64,000 nt of DNA from an uncultured Clostridia bacterium (GCA_946415375.1 CAMKSF010000006.1:11241-75240), one strand, 5' to 3'; shown: positions 33,227-42,850, numbered from the stretch's first letter. Program-made: numbers and translations. Notes: generated from the letters alone by a model not told the origin.

Positions 33227-33355
33227 ATTAAACACCTCCATAAAATTAGGATAATATTATTATTTCAAAAAATAAAAGAAATATACATTAAATTAATGAA
33301 TAACTTTTTAAAAATAGAGAATAATATTAAGTAGAAAGATAAAAAGGATGTAAAC

Positions 33356-33979
33356 ATGAACTTTTGGTTAATAACGATATTAACAGTATTAATAGTCTTA
33401 ACAATACTAACTATAAGCGTTTTGTCTATGAAAATAAAATTAGAAATTAGAAAATTAAAAATAAATATACATAAATATAATGATAAGATAACAAATAAAG
33501 AAAGCAAAGCTTATTTGAAAATATATATATTAAAAATAATAAAAATAGCAGAAATTGACTTAAAGAAAATTGATTTTAAAGATGAAAAAATAAGAAATAA
33601 ATTTCAAAAACAACTTGAAAAGAATAAATTCAATTTAGATACAATAAAACTTTTAAGAGGTATTGATTACATAGTAGAAAAAATGAACTTAAATATAAAT
33701 ATAGGAACAGAAGATTCCGCAATAACAGCAATAAGTGTAGGAATTATATATTCGGTTATATCAAATTATTTAAATAAAAAAGTTAAAGATATTAGAGAGA
33801 TTAAATATAACATTAATCCTATTTATAAAGGCGAAAATATTTTAGATATAGAATTAGATAGTATAATTACCTTAAAGTTTGAAAATATTAAAAATATAAT
33901 TATATTTTTTAGAAAAGGAAGTGGAAATAATAATGTCAGATCATCCAATAGAAAGTCTCATGCATACTGCAATGAATAG
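33356..33979 (+). CDS. DUF2953/YtfI-like sporulation protein
   Basis: IGTEDSAITAISVG motif; immediately upstream of ytfJ. Confidence 0.75.
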   Translation: MNFWLITILTVLIVLTILTISVLSMKIKLEIRKLKINIHKYNDKITNKESKAYLKIYILKIIKIAEIDLKKIDFKDEKIRNKFQKQLEKNKFNLDTIKLLRGIDYIVEKMNLNINIGTEDSAITAISVGIIYSVISNYLNKKVKDIREIKYNINPIYKGENILDIELDSIITLKFENIKNIIIFFRKGSGNNNVRSSNRKSHAYCNE

Positions 33980-34538
33980 CATAAAAGATATGATAGATGT
34001 AAATACAATAATAGGTGAGCCTATTCAGGCTCCTAATAATATAGTGGTAATCCCTATTTCAAAAGTATCTTTTGGGTTTGCAGCAGGAGGGAGCGAATAT
34101 AACGGAGAAACAGTAAATCAATATAAGAAGCAAGAAAAAGATGAGCAAATTGAGTATAGATTACCTTTTGGAGGAGGTTCTGGAGCAGGAATAACACTTT
34201 TGCCAGTTGCATTTTTAGTAATTCAAGGCGAAATGGTAAAACTCTTACCAGTTAATCATTCAACATCATTAGATAAGCTATTAGACTATATCCCAGATTT
34301 ATTCGAAAAAGTAAATTGTATGATAAATAAGTCAATGAATAGTAAAGAAGAACAAACAGATAAAATAATAAGTACAATTCAAAAGAATAGTAGTAAAGAA
34401 GATAAATCTACTGAAAAAACTAAAGAAAATGAAATAAAAGAACAGATAAAAATTGAAGAACTAGAAGATGAAATGGATGTCTATAACAAAAAAGAAACAA
34501 TAAATGATGACGATTTTGATGAATATGATGAAGAATAA
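33933..34538 (+). CDS. ytfJ: GerW/YtfJ sporulation protein
   Basis: HPIESLM..AM.SIKDMIDVNTIIGEP, VSFGFAAGGSE, PFGGGSGAG. Confidence 0.92.
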   Translation: MSDHPIESLMHTAMNSIKDMIDVNTIIGEPIQAPNNIVVIPISKVSFGFAAGGSEYNGETVNQYKKQEKDEQIEYRLPFGGGSGAGITLLPVAFLVIQGEMVKLLPVNHSTSLDKLLDYIPDLFEKVNCMINKSMNSKEEQTDKIISTIQKNSSKEDKSTEKTKENEIKEQIKIEELEDEMDVYNKKETINDDDFDEYDEE

Positions 34539-34658
34539 AAATGATGTTTATAGGCTTTAAATAGATATTCGAAAAGTAAAGAAGTAGTAATTTCTTTACT
34601 TTTTTGATATTTTATGATATAATTTTTTAGAAAAAAATTAGAAAGAGAGTAAATAAAA

Positions 34659-35984
34659 TTGGAAGGAATAAAGAAAGTAGCATTTTTAACGCTAGGTTGT
34701 AAGACGAATCAATATGAAACAAATGGAATGATGCAAAAATTTATTGAAGCTGGATATGAGATTTGTAATATTGAAGAAAAACCTGATGTTTATGTTGTTA
34801 ATACATGTACAGTAACCAATATAGCAGACAGAAAATCTAGACAATCTTTAAGAAGAATTAAAGAAAAAGGTAAAACTATAATAGTAGCTGTTGGATGTTA
34901 TGCACAAGTTGCAAAAGAGCAATTAGAAAATATGCCAGAAATAGATATTGTATTAGGAAATAAAGAAAAAAAAGATATTTTAGAATATATTGAAGAGTTT
35001 TTAAAAGAAAAAAGTAATAATGATGGAAAAAGAATACTTCAAATGGTTGAGGTTGCAGATATTTCAAAACAAAAAGATTATGATGAATATGGATGTATTA
35101 CATATACAGAAAGAGCAAGAACAGAGATAAAGATTCAAGATGGATGTAATAATTTTTGCACATATTGTGCAATACCACTTGCAAGAGGAAGGATAAGAAG
35201 TAGAAAAAAAGAAAATATTTTAAAAGAAGTAGAAATTATTGCAAATAGTGGAATTAAAGAAATTGTACTTACAGGAATACATATTGCATCATATGGAAAA
35301 GATTTTGAAAATGAGTACAAACTAATAGATTTATTAGAAGATTTAAATAAAGTTCAGGGAATAGAAAGAATTAGATTAGGTTCACTAGAACCAACAATTG
35401 TAACTGAAGAGTTTGTACAAAGACTTTCGAAATTAGAAAAAGTTTGCCAGCATTTCCATTTATCACTTCAAAGTGGATGTGATGAAACTTTAAAAAGAAT
35501 GAATAGAAAATATACTACACAGGAGTTTAAAAAAGTAGTAGAAATATTAAGAGGGCATTTTAAAGATGTTAATTTAACAACAGATGTAATTGTAGGATTT
35601 CCAGGGGAAACTGATGAAGAATTTGAAACTACATATAAATTTTTAAAAGAAATTGCTTTTTACAAAATGCATATATTTAAATATTCTAAAAGAGATGGTA
35701 CAGTAGCTGCGAAAATGCCAAACCAAATTGATGGGAATACCGCAGAAGAAAGAAGCAGAAAATTAATAGAGCTATCTGAAAGAAATATGAAAATGTATAA
35801 TGAAAAATATATAGGAAAAGAAGTTGAAGTTTTATTTGAAGAAAAACAAGGTGATTACTGGATAGGACATACTAATAATTATATGGTTGCTAAAGTAAAA
35901 AGTAAAGAAAAATTAGAAAATATGATAATACATATTAAGGTTTGTAGAGCAGAGAAAGAAGCTATTTGTGGTGAGGAAAAATAG
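34659..35984 (+). CDS. mtaB: tRNA methylthiotransferase MtaB
   Basis: TLGCKTNQYE, NTCTVT, CNNFCTYC radical SAM motif, TRAM domain. Confidence 0.92.
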   Translation: MEGIKKVAFLTLGCKTNQYETNGMMQKFIEAGYEICNIEEKPDVYVVNTCTVTNIADRKSRQSLRRIKEKGKTIIVAVGCYAQVAKEQLENMPEIDIVLGNKEKKDILEYIEEFLKEKSNNDGKRILQMVEVADISKQKDYDEYGCITYTERARTEIKIQDGCNNFCTYCAIPLARGRIRSRKKENILKEVEIIANSGIKEIVLTGIHIASYGKDFENEYKLIDLLEDLNKVQGIERIRLGSLEPTIVTEEFVQRLSKLEKVCQHFHLSLQSGCDETLKRMNRKYTTQEFKKVVEILRGHFKDVNLTTDVIVGFPGETDEEFETTYKFLKEIAFYKMHIFKYSKRDGTVAAKMPNQIDGNTAEERSRKLIELSERNMKMYNEKYIGKEVEVLFEEKQGDYWIGHTNNYMVAKVKSKEKLENMIIHIKVCRAEKEAICGEEK

Positions 35985-35994
35985 ATGAAATCTA

Positions 35995-36049
35995 TTGACA
36001 ATAATAAAGTAATATAGTATAATGTTAACTATGGTTAACATTATACTAT
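35995..36049 (+). promoter_or_regulatory. sigmaA promoter overlapped by a perfect inverted repeat with 16-bp arms (probable DtxR/MntR operator)
   Basis: TTGACA(35995)-17-TATAAT(36018); atagtataatgttaac-tatg-gttaacattatactat at 36014-36049. Confidence 0.75.
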
Positions 36050-36092
36050 TTTTTATTTTCAAAGTATACAAAAAATAGAGAAGGGAAAGTAA

Positions 36093-36539
36093 ATGATTTC
36101 AAAATCACAAGAAGAATATTTAAAAACGATATACATTATTCAAAAACAAGATAAGCAACCAAGAGTAACTGATATAGCTGAAAAAATGAATTGTACAAAG
36201 GCAAGTGTAAATAAGTCTTTAAAAATTCTTACAGAACAAGAATTAATTAATTATGAGCCTTATGGAAAAATTGAATTGACAGAAGAGGGAACAAAGCTTG
36301 CTAAAAAGATTTTAGAGGCAAATGATATTGTATATTTATTTTTAAAAGAAATATTAGGAGAAGAAAAAGATATAGCAGAAGAGGAAGCAAAAGAAATAAA
36401 AATGGTAATGAAAGATACTACACTAAACAAACTTGCAAAATATGTTCATCAAGAACTTGGACTATATAGTTTAGATTGTGGGTATGATATAAATAATGAG
36501 CATTGTATAGAATGTGCTAGGAGGAATGTTAAAAAATGA
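36093..36539 (+). CDS. DtxR/MntR-family metal-dependent regulator heading the suf operon
   Basis: SQEEYLKTIY, RVTDIA, YEPYGKIELTEEG; Cys-containing tail CGYD...CIEC. Confidence 0.88.
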   Translation: MISKSQEEYLKTIYIIQKQDKQPRVTDIAEKMNCTKASVNKSLKILTEQELINYEPYGKIELTEEGTKLAKKILEANDIVYLFLKEILGEEKDIAEEEAKEIKMVMKDTTLNKLAKYVHQELGLYSLDCGYDINNEHCIECARRNVKK

Positions 36540-37273
36540 AAGAATTGCTAAAAATAACTAATTTACATGCAAATGTAGGAGAAAAAGAAATTTTAAAAGG
36601 ATTAGATTTAACTATAAATAAAGGAGAAACTCATGTAATAATGGGACCAAATGGTTCTGGAAAATCAACAACTGCAAATGTTATATTAAACAATCCTGAA
36701 TATAAGATAACAGAAGGAGATATTTTTCTTGAAGGAGAAAAAATAAACGATTTAAAAACAGATGAAATTGCTAGAAAAGGTGTATTTATGTCATTTCAAT
36801 CTCCAGAAGAAATACCAGGGATTTCTGTAATGAATTTCTTAAAATATGCTAAAAATAAAACAACCGGAGAGCCTGTAAAAGTATTTCAATTAAAAGAAGA
36901 AATTGAGAATAATATGCAGGAATTAAAAATGAATTCAAGCTATTTAAATAGAAATTTAAATGTAGGTTTTTCTGGTGGAGAAAAGAAGAAAACAGAAATA
37001 CTTCAAATGCTTACACTAAACCCAAAATTAGCAATTTTAGATGAAACAGATTCAGGACTTGATGTTGATGCTATAAAAATTGTTTCAAAAGGAATAAAAA
37101 TGTTTAGTAACGAAAATAACGCTACTTTAATAATTACTCATGGTACAAAGATTTTAAAAGAACTTGATGTAGATTATGTGCATATTTTAGTTAATGGACA
37201 AATCGTTGCAACAGGAACAAGTGAACTTGCAAAAGAAATAGAAGAAAATGGATATGCGAAGTATATAAAATAA
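36536..37273 (+). CDS. sufC: Fe-S assembly ATPase SufC
   Basis: GPNGSGKST, GFSGGEKK, LDETDSGLDVDA. Confidence 0.97.
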   Translation: MKELLKITNLHANVGEKEILKGLDLTINKGETHVIMGPNGSGKSTTANVILNNPEYKITEGDIFLEGEKINDLKTDEIARKGVFMSFQSPEEIPGISVMNFLKYAKNKTTGEPVKVFQLKEEIENNMQELKMNSSYLNRNLNVGFSGGEKKKTEILQMLTLNPKLAILDETDSGLDVDAIKIVSKGIKMFSNENNATLIITHGTKILKELDVDYVHILVNGQIVATGTSELAKEIEENGYAKYIK

Positions 37274-37296
37274 AAAAGTGGTAAAGACCACTTTGA

Positions 37297-37548
37297 TTAA
37301 CGAGATTTCGAGCTAGTATCATGTGTTATTCTTGAAGCTGAATCAAAACGTGCACTATCAGGTGAATAAACTGATCTTTTTAAAAGGCTTTTAAGGGTAG
37401 AATTATCTTTTGCTAGCACAGCATTTTCTTTTGCTAGTACAGTATTTTTTTCTTCAAGCTGAGCTATATATTGTTGCTGCTTTCTAGAAATAGATAATTG
37501 AGCACGAAATTGAGCTCTTGAGCTAGCGCTCTTACTTGGATCTAACAT
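37297..37548 (-). CDS. Antisense mini-gene, 83-aa coiled-coil protein
   Basis: AAGGAGG SD; promoter TTTACA(37608)-17-TATAAT(37585); hairpin 37275-37294. Confidence 0.7.
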   Translation of the reverse strand: MLDPSKSASSRAQFRAQLSISRKQQQYIAQLEEKNTVLAKENAVLAKDNSTLKSLLKRSVYSPDSARFDSASRITHDTSSKSR

Positions 37549-37628
37549 AATATATAAACCTCCTTAAAATTTACATAACATTATAACATGAGAAAAGAGA
37601 TTTGTAAAGAAAAAATGAAAGGAAAAAA

Positions 37629-39026
37629 ATGAAAACAAATTTAGACGAAATAAATAGAAATATATATGATATAAAAAATAAAGATGAGTATGATTTTAAA
37701 ATCCAAAAAGGATTGACAAAAGAGATTATAGAAGAAATTTCAAAACAAAAAAATGAACCTGATTGGATGTTGGAAATTAGACTAAAAGCTTTAGAAACAT
37801 ATAATAAGTTGGAACTTCCTACATGGGGACCAGATTTATCTGAACTTAATATGGATGAAATAGCAACTTATGTAAGACCAAAATCAAAGCTTAATAATAA
37901 TTGGGAAGATGTTCCTGAAGACATAAAAAATACATTTGATAGACTTGGTATTCCAGAAGCGGAGAAAAAATCACTAGCAGGAGTTGGAGCTCAATATGAC
38001 TCTGAAGTTGTATATCATAGTATAAAACAAGAACTTGTTAAGCAAGGTGTTATATATACAGACATGGAAACAGCTGTAAGAGAATATCCTGAAATAGTAA
38101 AAGAACATTTTATGAAATGTGTTCCAATGTCAGACCATAAATTTGTTGCACTTCATGCAGCAGTATGGTCTGGAGGGTCTTTTGTATATGTTCCAAAAGG
38201 AATAAAAGTGGATATCCCATTGCAGTCATATTTTAGATTAAATTCTCCAGAATCTGGACAATTTGAACATACATTAATCATTGTAGAAGAAGGGGCATCA
38301 CTTCACTTTATAGAAGGCTGTTCAGCACCAAAGTATAATAAAGTAAATCTTCATGCAGGATGTGTAGAACTATATGTAAAAGACAATAGTTATTTAAGAT
38401 ATTCTACAATAGAAAATTGGTCAAAAAATATGCTTAATTTAAATACAAAAAGAGCAATAGTAGGAAAAAATGCACAAATAGATTGGGTATCTGGATCTTT
38501 CGGATCAAAAATTTCAATGCTTTATCCTATGAGTATATTAAATGGAGAAGGAGCAAAAACAGAATATACGGGAATTTCATTTGCAGGACATGACCAAAAC
38601 TTAGATACAGGATTTAAAGTAATTCATAATGCACCAAACACATCAAGTGTTGTAAATTCAAAGTCAATTTCAAAAAATGGTGGAGTTTGCACATATAGAG
38701 CGCTTGTTAGAGTAAATGAAAATGCAAAGAATTCAAAATGCTCAGTATCTTGCGAATCACTTATGTTAGATGATATTTCAAGGTCAGATACAATACCTGT
38801 AAATGATATTAGAAATGATGAAGTGGAATTTTCACACGAGGCAAAAATAGGGAAGATAAGTGATAAAACAATATTTTATTTAATGTCTAGAGGAATTTCT
38901 GAAGAAGATGCAAAAGCAATGATAGTAAGAGGATTTGCTTATCCTATTTCAAAAGAACTTCCACTAGAGTATGCAGTAGAAATGAATAATTTGATTAATT
39001 TGGAATTAGAAGGAGCAATAGGCTAG
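37629..39026 (+). CDS. sufB: Fe-S assembly protein SufB
   Basis: AQYDSEVVY, GQFEHTLII, EGCSAP, KELPLEYAVE. Confidence 0.97.
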   Translation: MKTNLDEINRNIYDIKNKDEYDFKIQKGLTKEIIEEISKQKNEPDWMLEIRLKALETYNKLELPTWGPDLSELNMDEIATYVRPKSKLNNNWEDVPEDIKNTFDRLGIPEAEKKSLAGVGAQYDSEVVYHSIKQELVKQGVIYTDMETAVREYPEIVKEHFMKCVPMSDHKFVALHAAVWSGGSFVYVPKGIKVDIPLQSYFRLNSPESGQFEHTLIIVEEGASLHFIEGCSAPKYNKVNLHAGCVELYVKDNSYLRYSTIENWSKNMLNLNTKRAIVGKNAQIDWVSGSFGSKISMLYPMSILNGEGAKTEYTGISFAGHDQNLDTGFKVIHNAPNTSSVVNSKSISKNGGVCTYRALVRVNENAKNSKCSVSCESLMLDDISRSDTIPVNDIRNDEVEFSHEAKIGKISDKTIFYLMSRGISEEDAKAMIVRGFAYPISKELPLEYAVEMNNLINLELEGAIG

Positions 39027-39080
39027 TAAAAAAATATAAAAATGCCCCCCAATGGCGAAAAACGCCAATGGGGGCACTAG

Positions 39081-39275
39081 TTAAGTAATAATTGCTAGTA
39101 AGACAATAACTACAGCAGGAGAGCTTGCTATAATTACTCCAAGGATTCCTATAAAAAGAATTCCTTTCCAAATCCGATAATACAACTTAGGATTTCTTTT
39201 GGGAATCTCAACTGAAAGTACTGCAGAGACACCTGTTAATAATAATCCTATAATCACGATGAAATTGATGAACAT
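39081..39275 (-). CDS. Antisense mini-gene, 64-aa two-TM peptide
   Basis: AAGGAG SD before ATG 39275 (MFINFIVIIG...); promoter TTGCAT(39370)-17-TATACT(39347); GC-rich hairpin 39043-39076. Confidence 0.72.
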   Translation of the reverse strand: MFINFIVIIGLLLTGVSAVLSVEIPKRNPKLYYRIWKGILFIGILGVIIASSPAVVIVLLAIIT

Positions 39276-39485
39276 ATTTTTCTCCTTCACGTGTATCACC
39301 CCACGTTTGGGTACTACAAAAAACACTTAAGTATATTTTGTAGTATATCACAAAATATAAAAAAATGCAAATGAAAGGTTAGTTTTAATATAGATTATGT
39401 GAGTAGAAATAAACAATTATAATAATATAGAATCATGAATAGTGAAGAACAAAAAAGTCCCCCGCCAACGGGCAGGGGGTCGAGG

Positions 39486-39587
39486 TCAGAGTGCAGCAAT
39501 CAGTATTGCTGCAATATAGGACATAAGCCCTATTGCAAAAATACCAAAAGTAGCTACACCTATTGCAAATTTGTCGATTTTATGCAT
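39486..39587 (-). CDS. Antisense mini-gene, 33-aa hydrophobic peptide
   Basis: AGGAGG SD; MHKIDKFAIGVATFGIFAIGLMSYIAAILIAAL*; promoter TTGATT(39656)-17-TATAAT(39633); hairpin 39458-39480. Confidence 0.72.
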   Translation of the reverse strand: MHKIDKFAIGVATFGIFAIGLMSYIAAILIAAL

Positions 39588-39701
39588 GATTTTTCCTCCT
39601 TTGAATTACAACTTATGTTATACTTATATTATACCACAAAATGCCGGAAAAATCAAAAAAAGATAGCCCATAATGATGCAACGCATCAAAAGGGCTAAGT
39701 T

Positions 39702-39863
39702 TCAGAAAATATGTGTGACAAGCAGAAGCGTAAACCATATTGCTCCTACTATGCCAATTAGTTTATATCCGAGATTGGATATAAAACGGAACTTGATGTC
39801 TAGTAGACTCACAGTCGCTAGTGATACACCTGTTATAAAGAAATTAAAATCAGTAGTAGTCAT
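39702..39863 (-). CDS. Antisense mini-gene, 53-aa two-TM peptide
   Basis: AGGAGG SD; MTTTDFNFFITGVSLATVSLLDIKFRFISNLGYKLIGIVGAIWFTLLLVTHIF*; promoter TTGATT(39956)-17-TATATT(39933); hairpin 39665-39696. Confidence 0.72.
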   Translation of the reverse strand: MTTTDFNFFITGVSLATVSLLDIKFRFISNLGYKLIGIVGAIWFTLLLVTHIF

Positions 39864-40011
39864 TTCTCCTCCTTTTATCTGAAACTAATTTTCTATAGTA
39901 CTTATTAAGTATCAATGATACAACACTAATATATCACAAAAGAAAGCAAAAATCAAATTATGTAAAATTTATAGAAAGGAAGCTAACTTTAAGGTTAGCA
40001 AAAATAAAAAT

Positions 40012-41058
40012 ATGATTTTAAATGAAACACCAATAAGAACTTCAAAAAATTATAAAATAAATAATATAGAATTAGATTTAGAATTGCCAAACAAAATAGA
40101 AGAATTTGAAGGCTTAACAATATCTGGAGATACTTCAAATTTCAAGATTTCTGATGATGTAAGTAAAGTTCCATTAAAATATGGTAATGGAAAAAAACTA
40201 GAAAATCAAATTTTTGAAAAAGGCAATAAAAATATTAAGATTAATGAAACTAAAACTGGCTCGTTATATCTTGATTTTAATTTTAATGAGGAAGATAAGA
40301 ATTTAATTGAGAATATAGAAATTGAAGCAAATACAAAATCAAAAACTACTATATATATTAAATATATGTCTGATGATAATTATGAATGTTATCATAATGG
40401 CATTATTAGAGTAAATGCTAAATCAAACTCAAAAACCAATATAGTAATAGTAAATATGCTAAACAATAAATCAAACAATCTATTAAGTATAGAAAATAAT
40501 TTAGAAGAAAATGCAAGAGTTGACTTTTGTATTGTTGATTTTGGGGGAAAGACAAGCGTTACGAATTATTATTCAAATATAAACGGAAATGGTGCAAAAG
40601 CCAGTATTAACACAATATATTTAGGAACTGAAAATCAAGTTTACGATATAAATTATATTGCTGAACTATTTGGAGAAAAAACAGAAACAAATATTGAGGT
40701 TCAAGGAGCATTAAAAGATGAAGCTAAAAAGAATTTTAAAGGAACAATAGATTTTAAAAAAGGCTCTAAAAAAGCCAAAGGTGATGAAAACGAATTTTGC
40801 ATGCTTTTATCAGATAAAGCTAAATCAAAAGCACTTCCAATGCTTCTTTGTACAGAAGAAGATGTAGAAGGAAATCATAGCTCAGCAGCAGGAAAAATTG
40901 AAGATGATAAATTGTTTTACATTATGAGTAGAGGGATTTCTGAAAAAGATGCGATGAAACTGATTGTTAAAGCTAAGTTTAATAAAATTATAGAAATGAT
41001 AAAAGATGAAGAGCTAAAGCAAGAAATTGTTGGGGAGATAGATAAAAGAATGGAATAA
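40012..41058 (+). CDS. sufD: Fe-S assembly protein SufD
   Basis: Beta-helix; PMLLCTEEDVEGNHSSAAG, LFYIMSRG. Confidence 0.92.
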   Translation: MILNETPIRTSKNYKINNIELDLELPNKIEEFEGLTISGDTSNFKISDDVSKVPLKYGNGKKLENQIFEKGNKNIKINETKTGSLYLDFNFNEEDKNLIENIEIEANTKSKTTIYIKYMSDDNYECYHNGIIRVNAKSNSKTNIVIVNMLNNKSNNLLSIENNLEENARVDFCIVDFGGKTSVTNYYSNINGNGAKASINTIYLGTENQVYDINYIAELFGEKTETNIEVQGALKDEAKKNFKGTIDFKKGSKKAKGDENEFCMLLSDKAKSKALPMLLCTEEDVEGNHSSAAGKIEDDKLFYIMSRGISEKDAMKLIVKAKFNKIIEMIKDEELKQEIVGEIDKRME

Positions 41059-41093
41059 ATCCCCCAGTGACATAATACGTCACTGGGGGAGGT

Positions 41094-41309
41094 TCAAAAC
41101 TCCCAGCCCCATTCGATAAAGACCAGTAGCAGGAATAATCCTGCTAAAACTTGCCCTACGGGCAAAAGAACATTGACTAGGACACGGGTCCACCGGAGGG
41201 GGGATCTTTTTGTAATAGCAGGGTATGCTTTTACCAGAAGCATTGTTACTACTGCCATTGGTATCCATACATAAACTCCAAGTAACAAAAGTTCAAAAAG
41301 AGATGCCAT
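41094..41309 (-). CDS. Antisense mini-gene, 71-aa two-TM peptide
   Basis: AAGGAG SD before ATG 41309 (MASLFELL...); promoter TTGACT(41415)-17-TATAAT(41392); hairpin tcccccagtgac...gtcactggggga at 41060-41090. Confidence 0.72.
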   Translation of the reverse strand: MASLFELLLLGVYVWIPMAVVTMLLVKAYPAITKRSPLRWTRVLVNVLLPVGQVLAGLFLLLVFIEWGWEF

Positions 41310-41450
41310 AGTACTCCTTTCCCGCGTACCAACCCACAGGAGGGTTTGAAAATATAGTGCTAATTGGCACATTTAAAACTAATTATATTATATCATGTTT
41401 TGGTAAAAGAGTCAATTTAATGATACTCTAGAGAAAGAAAGGATAAAGAG

Positions 41451-42662
41451 ATGAATTTTAAAAAAGATTTTCCAATTTTAAATGAAAGAAATATTACATA
41501 TTTAGATAGTGGAGCAACAACTCAAAAACCTATTCAAGTTATTAATGCAATTGATGAGTATTACAAAACTATTAATGCAAATGTGCATAGAGGAGCATAT
41601 AGTTTGAGTATTGAAGCTACATTAGCTTATGAAAATGCCCGTGAAAAAATAGCAAGGTTTATAAATTCAACATTTGCAGAGCAAATAATATTCTCAAAAA
41701 ATGCGACAGAGAGTTTAAATTTAATTGCATATTCTTATGGAATGGAGAATTTGAAAAAAGATGATGAAATAGTATTATCTATAATGGAACATCATTCAAA
41801 TTTAGTTCCATGGCAAAAAGTTGCAAAGACGACGGGTGCAAAACTAAACTATATGTATATAAATGATGAATTTGAGATTTCTGATGAAGAAATAGAAAAT
41901 AAAATCACAGATAAAACAAAAATAGTTGGAATTACACATGTATCAAATGTTTTAGGTACAATAAATAATGTAAAGAAGATTATAAAACAAGCTCATAAAA
42001 AAGGTGCAATAGTAATAGTTGACGCATCTCAAAGTATTCCTCATATGAAGATTGATGTTCAAGATTTAGATTGTGATTTTCTAGTGTTTTCAGGACATAA
42101 AATGCTTGCACCATTAGGAATAGGAGTTTTATATGGAAAAAAACAACTGTTAAATGAAATGAACCCTTTTTTAATGGGTGGAGATATGATAGAATATGTT
42201 TATGAGCAAGAAACATCTTTTGCACCACTTCCAAATAAATTTGAAGCTGGAACTCAAAATATTGAAGGGGTAATTGGCCTTTCTGCTGCGATTGACTATA
42301 TTGAAAGTATAGGATATGAAAAAATAGCAGAAATTGAGAATCAAGTTGTAAGTTATGCAAGAGAAGAGCTTTCAAAATTGAAATTTCTTGAATTATTTAT
42401 TACACCAAATAAAGAGAATCATTCAGCTGTAATTTCATTTAATATAAAAGGAGTACATCCACATGATGTAGCAAGTATATTAGATAATTATGGGGTATGT
42501 GTACGTTCTGGAAATCATTGTGCACAACCGCTTATGAGATATTTGGGAATAGATTCAACATGTAGAGCATCATTTTATTTATATAACACAAAAGAAGATG
42601 TAGATAAGCTAGTTGAAGCTTTGAAAAAAGCTTATGAAATGTTTAAGAAATATATGAAGTAA
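41451..42662 (+). CDS. sufS: Cysteine desulfurase SufS
   Basis: YLDSGATTQKP, EHHSN, FSGHKM, RSGNHCA. Confidence 0.97.
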   Translation: MNFKKDFPILNERNITYLDSGATTQKPIQVINAIDEYYKTINANVHRGAYSLSIEATLAYENAREKIARFINSTFAEQIIFSKNATESLNLIAYSYGMENLKKDDEIVLSIMEHHSNLVPWQKVAKTTGAKLNYMYINDEFEISDEEIENKITDKTKIVGITHVSNVLGTINNVKKIIKQAHKKGAIVIVDASQSIPHMKIDVQDLDCDFLVFSGHKMLAPLGIGVLYGKKQLLNEMNPFLMGGDMIEYVYEQETSFAPLPNKFEAGTQNIEGVIGLSAAIDYIESIGYEKIAEIENQVVSYAREELSKLKFLELFITPNKENHSAVISFNIKGVHPHDVASILDNYGVCVRSGNHCAQPLMRYLGIDSTCRASFYLYNTKEDVDKLVEALKKAYEMFKKYMK

Positions 42663-42768
42663 TAATAAATTTACAATTTTTTAAAATTGTCGAAAAATGT
42701 AGATTTTTGCGATGAATAGTGGGAGATAGATTATTGACTTTTTAGTTTATTTGTGATATTATAATAAT

Positions 42769-42838
42769 AAAAATATGCAATTAAATGTTTCAATTAGCAT
42801 CAAAAAATAACCTCACTGTCTCAGAGTGAGGTTATTTT
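42769..42838 (+). ncRNA. Putative antitoxin-like antisense sRNA (~70 nt)
   Basis: TTGACT(42734)-17-TATTAT promoter with extended TG; no ORF; bidirectional terminator 42805-42838; two direct repeats of the opposing gene. Confidence 0.6.
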
Positions 42839-42850
42839 AATTACTATGTA

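Noticed and set aside
39435-39882. + strand ORFs 39435-39698 and 39673-39882
   Set aside because: No SD; they run across hairpins and promoters; the minus-strand ORFs with full expression signals explain the region.
41080-41268. Alternative minus-strand ORF of 62 aa
   Set aside because: No SD; the overlapping frame starting at 41309 has an SD and a TM pattern.
37275-41415. Integron attC array or CRISPR interpretation of the cassette hairpins
   Set aside because: The hairpins share no sequence, lack consistent RYYYAAC/GTTRRRY ends and regular spacing, and no integrase or cas gene is in the window.
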